The position numbers were made by a program, and so were the translations under genes. This document shows, one piece after another, positions 58,996 through 64,000 of a stretch of 64,000 nt of DNA. Source of the stretch: Planctomycetota bacterium (lineage in GTDB: Bacteria; Planctomycetota; Phycisphaerae; WQYP01); contig JAJZDN010000008.1 in NCBI GenBank assembly GCA_021805985.1, positions 26,319-90,318 on the forward strand, written 5' to 3'. Every line of letters begins with the position of its first letter. Position 1 is the first letter of the stretch. The notes under the pieces are model-generated. The model searched no databases and was not told the DNA's origin. It saw nothing but the letters and a program-made list of their open reading frames with translations.

Positions 58996-60032
58996 CACAT
59001 ACCACGGCATCCATATTCTTTTCCGGGGCGGCAGGGCTGCATTTCCCAGGGTATGCGGTGATCGGGCCTTGGCTGATTCTGGCGATTTTGGGACTTCTAG
59101 GGTCCATGATATTCAGCGGGATGGAAACCGGCCTGTACACCGTTTCGCGGTTGCGCCTGCAACTGCGATCATGGCGAAGGGAGCCTGCGGCGCTGCAAAT
59201 TGAGCGCTGGCTGCACGAGCCTGCCGCGGTTCTGGCGGGCTTGCTGATTTGGCAAAATTTATGTAATTTTGCGGTATCGGCGGGGGCGACAGTGCTTCTA
59301 AGAGAGGCACAAATTCCTGATGAGGTCCAAGCCATTCTGACGGCTTTTCTGCTGACACCCCTGATGCTGTTGTTTGCGGAAATTATTCCCAAAGACATGT
59401 TCATGGTCCATGCCGATAAATGGACTTACCGACTGGTAGGATTTTTAAAATCTGCATTGCGGGTTATTACCATTATTCCGTTGCTGCCGCTGTTGCTGCT
59501 GTTAAATATTGCGGCGCTGCGGCTGTTTCGCGGCGGCGATATTAAGGCGGGGGGGGCGCGGGCGGTTTTAAGTTTTGCGGAGGAATCCTCAGCCACCGGT
59601 CTGATCAGTGATACTCAGCATGATCTGATTCGCCGGGCGTTGCGCATGGCGCATGTGGTGGTGGGAGATGTGATGGTGCCCTGGAATCGGGTTATCGGGA
59701 TACCGCAAACCATTAGTCGCACAGGTTTTTGCGCTTTGGTGCGGCGGTACAATGTTTCCCGCCTGCCGGTGCTGGGGCGCAACACCGAGGATATTCTGGG
59801 CGTGCTTTATGTGGTGGATGTGCTGGGTCAAAAGCAGGACTTTAATATCCGGGCCAATCTCAAACAACCCATTACGCTTTTTCCTGAACAGTCGGTGCGC
59901 TCGGCCATCACGCTTATGCAGGCGGCGCGTCAAACGTTGGCGATTGTTGTAAATCGGCAAGGCAGGCCTATGGGGCTGGTCACCATGAAGGATCTGGTGG
60001 AGGAACTGATCGGAGAACTGCAAAGCTGGTGA
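58992..60032 (+). CDS. CNNM-family membrane protein (DUF21 + CBS pair)
   Basis: ATGA overlap with the upstream paralog. Same DUF21 plus CBS architecture but without the C-terminal CorC domain. Confidence 0.75.
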   Translation: MTHTTASIFFSGAAGLHFPGYAVIGPWLILAILGLLGSMIFSGMETGLYTVSRLRLQLRSWRREPAALQIERWLHEPAAVLAGLLIWQNLCNFAVSAGATVLLREAQIPDEVQAILTAFLLTPLMLLFAEIIPKDMFMVHADKWTYRLVGFLKSALRVITIIPLLPLLLLLNIAALRLFRGGDIKAGGARAVLSFAEESSATGLISDTQHDLIRRALRMAHVVVGDVMVPWNRVIGIPQTISRTGFCALVRRYNVSRLPVLGRNTEDILGVLYVVDVLGQKQDFNIRANLKQPITLFPEQSVRSAITLMQAARQTLAIVVNRQGRPMGLVTMKDLVEELIGELQSW

Positions 60033-60035
60033 CGT

Positions 60036-61247
60036 TCAAGTTCCGAAAGCCTGCAGAGCGGCAAGCTCCCTTTCCGCCATTTCACGTTGCGTTCCATCAT
60101 GCAATTTCGGCAGAGCCTTTTGAAATAAATCAATAGCCCGCTTACGATTAACAAAATAACGCGTATAAATTAACGCCAGAACCAGTTGCACCTGATCACA
60201 GTTGGTGCCGGTGCCATAATATTTCAGATAATCTTCATACGCTGTGGCTGCCTGCGGATACTGCCCGGCCGCCATGAGTTGATTGGCAATATCCAATTGG
60301 CTTTGTGCCGGAAGAACCTGTGTGGGATCAAGCTGCTTTAATTCCAGATACGCATTGGCGGCTTCCGGCAGCAGATGATCGCGCCGCAGATCGGTGATGC
60401 GTTCGCGTAATTCCTGACTGCGAAGATAATGGGGCGAATCCGGGCGCAGCAGCATGGGGCCGTCCGGTTTGACAACATTACCGCCCTGCGGTGATGCAGC
60501 AAAAGGATTGTACCCTGTGGCCACCATGGAACGATAAATATATTTGCGGTGCCAGCGGGTTAAAAGAGCGGGCAGATCAGCTGGATCCCGCGGCACAAAT
60601 CGCAGCAACAGGAGAATAATTCCGACAGAAAACCCGGTGGTGTAACCCGTGAGATGGGCAAAATGGGCGACATCATCATTGCGACCGGGGAATATTGCCC
60701 CGGCAAGATCAAAGGTGACAATTTCAAAAAGAATAAAGAGCAGACTGGGGACCTTGAAAATGAAAAAGAAAAACCAGACACGAATATTGGTCAGCGGTGC
60801 CAGCACCAGAAACATTCCCGCCACCGCAGCAATTGCGCCCGAGGCACCCAGTGTGGGCGCGCCGGACGTTAGCACCTGTCCCACGCCGGCAAATATTCCG
60901 CCCGCCAGAAAAAATAGCAGATAAGCAACATGGCCTAATCGCTGGTTGACGGTGTCCCCAAATACCCATAGGAACAGCATATTTCCCAGAATATGCAGAA
61001 TATTGGCATGAAGAAACAGGTAAGTGACAAACTGATACAAATGCAAATGCTGCCGCCACAGCAGAAACCTGCCCCATCCGGGATTAACCCCCAGATAATG
61101 GGCGCTGGGGTTGTTGGGGTGGGAAATAAAATAGATAACAAAGCAGAGCGCAATAATGGCCCAGTTCATCCAAGGAGTGCGCCGCCGGGGCGCGTCAGTA
61201 CCTATCGGAATCATTAATGCCTCTGGATCAACCTTTACATCCACCAA
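60036..61247 (-). CDS. Rhomboid-family intramembrane serine protease with C-terminal TPR repeats
   Basis: Catalytic GASGAIAAV (GxSG), a His in AHLTGYTTG, and 6 TM helices. The C-terminal roughly 150 aa carry TPR-like helices. Confidence 0.7.
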   Translation of the reverse strand: MVDVKVDPEALMIPIGTDAPRRRTPWMNWAIIALCFVIYFISHPNNPSAHYLGVNPGWGRFLLWRQHLHLYQFVTYLFLHANILHILGNMLFLWVFGDTVNQRLGHVAYLLFFLAGGIFAGVGQVLTSGAPTLGASGAIAAVAGMFLVLAPLTNIRVWFFFFIFKVPSLLFILFEIVTFDLAGAIFPGRNDDVAHFAHLTGYTTGFSVGIILLLLRFVPRDPADLPALLTRWHRKYIYRSMVATGYNPFAASPQGGNVVKPDGPMLLRPDSPHYLRSQELRERITDLRRDHLLPEAANAYLELKQLDPTQVLPAQSQLDIANQLMAAGQYPQAATAYEDYLKYYGTGTNCDQVQLVLALIYTRYFVNRKRAIDLFQKALPKLHDGTQREMAERELAALQAFGT

Positions 61248-61382
61248 GCGCCTGCCATATTATTGAGATTTCGGCCCAAGAGGTCAAACGGGATGACTTT
61301 TTCAGTTGCAACAAAACGCCTTGGCGGATACAAACAATGGAATTATCAGGCCAGCCGGCGAATGTCAGCCAGCCTGCCAAAC

Positions 61383-62707
<1,325 letters not shown>

Positions 62708-62802
62708 AATATTTGTGCCTCCACTGGTTCATTAATCATCATAGCATTTGGCCTGCGGCCGGTCTAATAAGTTTGACACGACTTCAACCTAAAATTTCAC
62801 TA

Positions 62803-63033
62803 TCAATTCCGATGAATGGCGAACTCGCGGAGGTTTTCAATAAACGTCTCCAAGTCCACTTCGGCAATGCGTGTGCTACGCAAACCGATATGCACCGCTG
62901 GCAGTTGCCCTTGGGATATCAGTTGCCACGTCTTGCGCGTACTGATGCCCAATCGTTCTGCAACGGCGGGAATCGTCAACAATCGGGCCTGGGGCTTTAC
63001 TTCACTGACTGTCTTAATCATTTGAATCTCCAA
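62803..63033 (-). CDS. AlpA-family HTH excisionase / prophage transcriptional regulator
   Basis: LLTIPAVAERLGISTRKTWQLISQGQLPAVHIGLRSTRIAEVDLETFI matches the AlpA/Xis MerR-like HTH. Immediately upstream of int. Confidence 0.7.
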   Translation of the reverse strand: MEIQMIKTVSEVKPQARLLTIPAVAERLGISTRKTWQLISQGQLPAVHIGLRSTRIAEVDLETFIENLREFAIHRN

Positions 63034-63181
63034 AATTCACAACCTAACATCATACGAACATAGTATGTGTATATTACGGATAAAGTCAATGGTATTATTA
63101 AAGACAAGTCGCTTTTAGCCGTTTTGCCACCTTATATACCGTTATATGCCGCTTGCCCGCCACCGGATGAACATGTAGACT

Positions 63182-63439
63182 TTGCTCGTTATGGCCAAAC
63201 GAAACAAACCAGTAAAGACCGCCAAGAGCGCCGACAGGCCCCTGACCGTTCAGAGAACCTATCGCTTCAATACGGAACTCTTTGAATCCTTTGAGGAGGA
63301 TTGTGCTCGGCATCTGGCCAATCCCAAGCTGGTGATGGAGGCACTTATTCTGCACTGGCTGGAAGGTGACGCCAAGGCGCGCGGAGCCATCGCGATGCGG
63401 CACCGCCAACGGTTTGGGTTGTCATCCCAGGACGAGTAA
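63182..63439 (+). CDS. Small ribbon-helix-helix (CopG/Arc-like) protein inside the integrative element
   Basis: The RTYRFNTELFESFEEDCARHLANPKLVMEALILHWLE pattern (beta-strand, helix, helix). Divergent from the alpA-like gene across an AT-rich region. Confidence 0.4.
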   Translation: MLVMAKRNKPVKTAKSADRPLTVQRTYRFNTELFESFEEDCARHLANPKLVMEALILHWLEGDAKARGAIAMRHRQRFGLSSQDE

Positions 63440-64000
63440 TTCCCACATCGGCATCGGCCCCCACCATTACCAAGACGCCGCGCCGCGGCAACGTTCCAAC
63501 CGGCAGCATCAATCGTGTAATTACCGTGCTTTGCCCTCGGCTTGCGCCGGGCAACCGCCGCGCCCTCGCTGTGTTCCACTTCGCTCCGTCACGCCGGATT
63601 GCTCCGGCTCCAGCCGGTGCAAAGCACTGGCCGAAAGACACTATCAGACCGCCCGCCTTGGCTTCCCGCCACCTGACGTGGAAGGCCAAGGTGGGCTATG
63701 TTGTTGGCACAACCGAATGGACGAGTGGGAGGGCTTTGAAAGCTCCCGCCACTGGCATTGGTGAGATGTAAACAACTGGCCGGCGCGATGTTCGGAGGCG
63801 GTTACGAATCGCCGGTGGAGGTTCTCCGGTCCCCTGACGTCCACGGTTTCCGGAGAAGTAAATGCCAGGCCGCCGAGGGGCGACTTCACCCTGGCTGACT
63901 TGGTTCGGTGGCTGGTTTTGCCACGCCCCGTGACACCGACAAGTTGGCGTTCCGCACCGTTGCCCGCCGTCCCGTGTCGGCAGATGGCCACGCCACCAAT

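Noticed and set aside
63366-63764. 132-aa ORF and other overlapping ORFs in the GC-rich tail
   Set aside because: They overlap one another in multiple frames with Arg/Pro/Gly-rich low-complexity translations. There is no RBS or motif support.

Overview
This is a roughly 57% GC bacterial chromosomal window; the protein set suggests Planctomycetes, Verrucomicrobia or a similar lineage. Most of it is housekeeping and envelope genes: plsY (5' truncated), a Zn-dependent alcohol dehydrogenase, a heterodimeric ABC exporter pair, aroA, purC, gcvP, an MFS transporter, a large glycoside hydrolase, a lipoprotein truncated hemoglobin, a PAS-GGDEF-EAL protein, an FNR-like reductase, a CE7 acetyl-xylan esterase, glpK and glpD, mscL, a divergent LysR/YeiH pair, RNase R, a glycosylation cluster with GT39-like, GT10-like and GT-C-like membrane proteins, a tandem CNNM/CorC pair and a rhomboid-TPR protease. 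Two accessory regions stand out. The first is a compact island of about 4 kb (18184-22227) inserted between purC and usp/gcvP. It carries an OLD/PARIS-like two-gene module: an AAA_21-type ABC ATPase translationally coupled to a small DUF4276/RloB-like, TOPRIM-like protein. This is followed by a 63-codon N-terminal relic of a BREX/Pgl brxC/pglY-type (DUF499) ATPase, then by unusual nested heptamer tandem repeats, twin hairpins and a strongly C-rich, G-poor non-coding stretch. The island is bracketed by inverted GGAGTTA-type heptamer repeats. The second is at the 3' end: a tRNA-Met(CAT) whose 3' half is overlapped by a tyrosine integrase, followed by an AlpA-like excisionase/regulator and an RHH protein. 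This is the left end of an integrative element that runs off the window. Other oddities are a protein with a catalytically dead ImmA/IrrE-like domain, an MscL with a Pro-rich tail and a Cys4 ribbon, an orphan RnfC/RnfD-like pair, and a SEC-C-motif micro-ORF missing from the ORF track.
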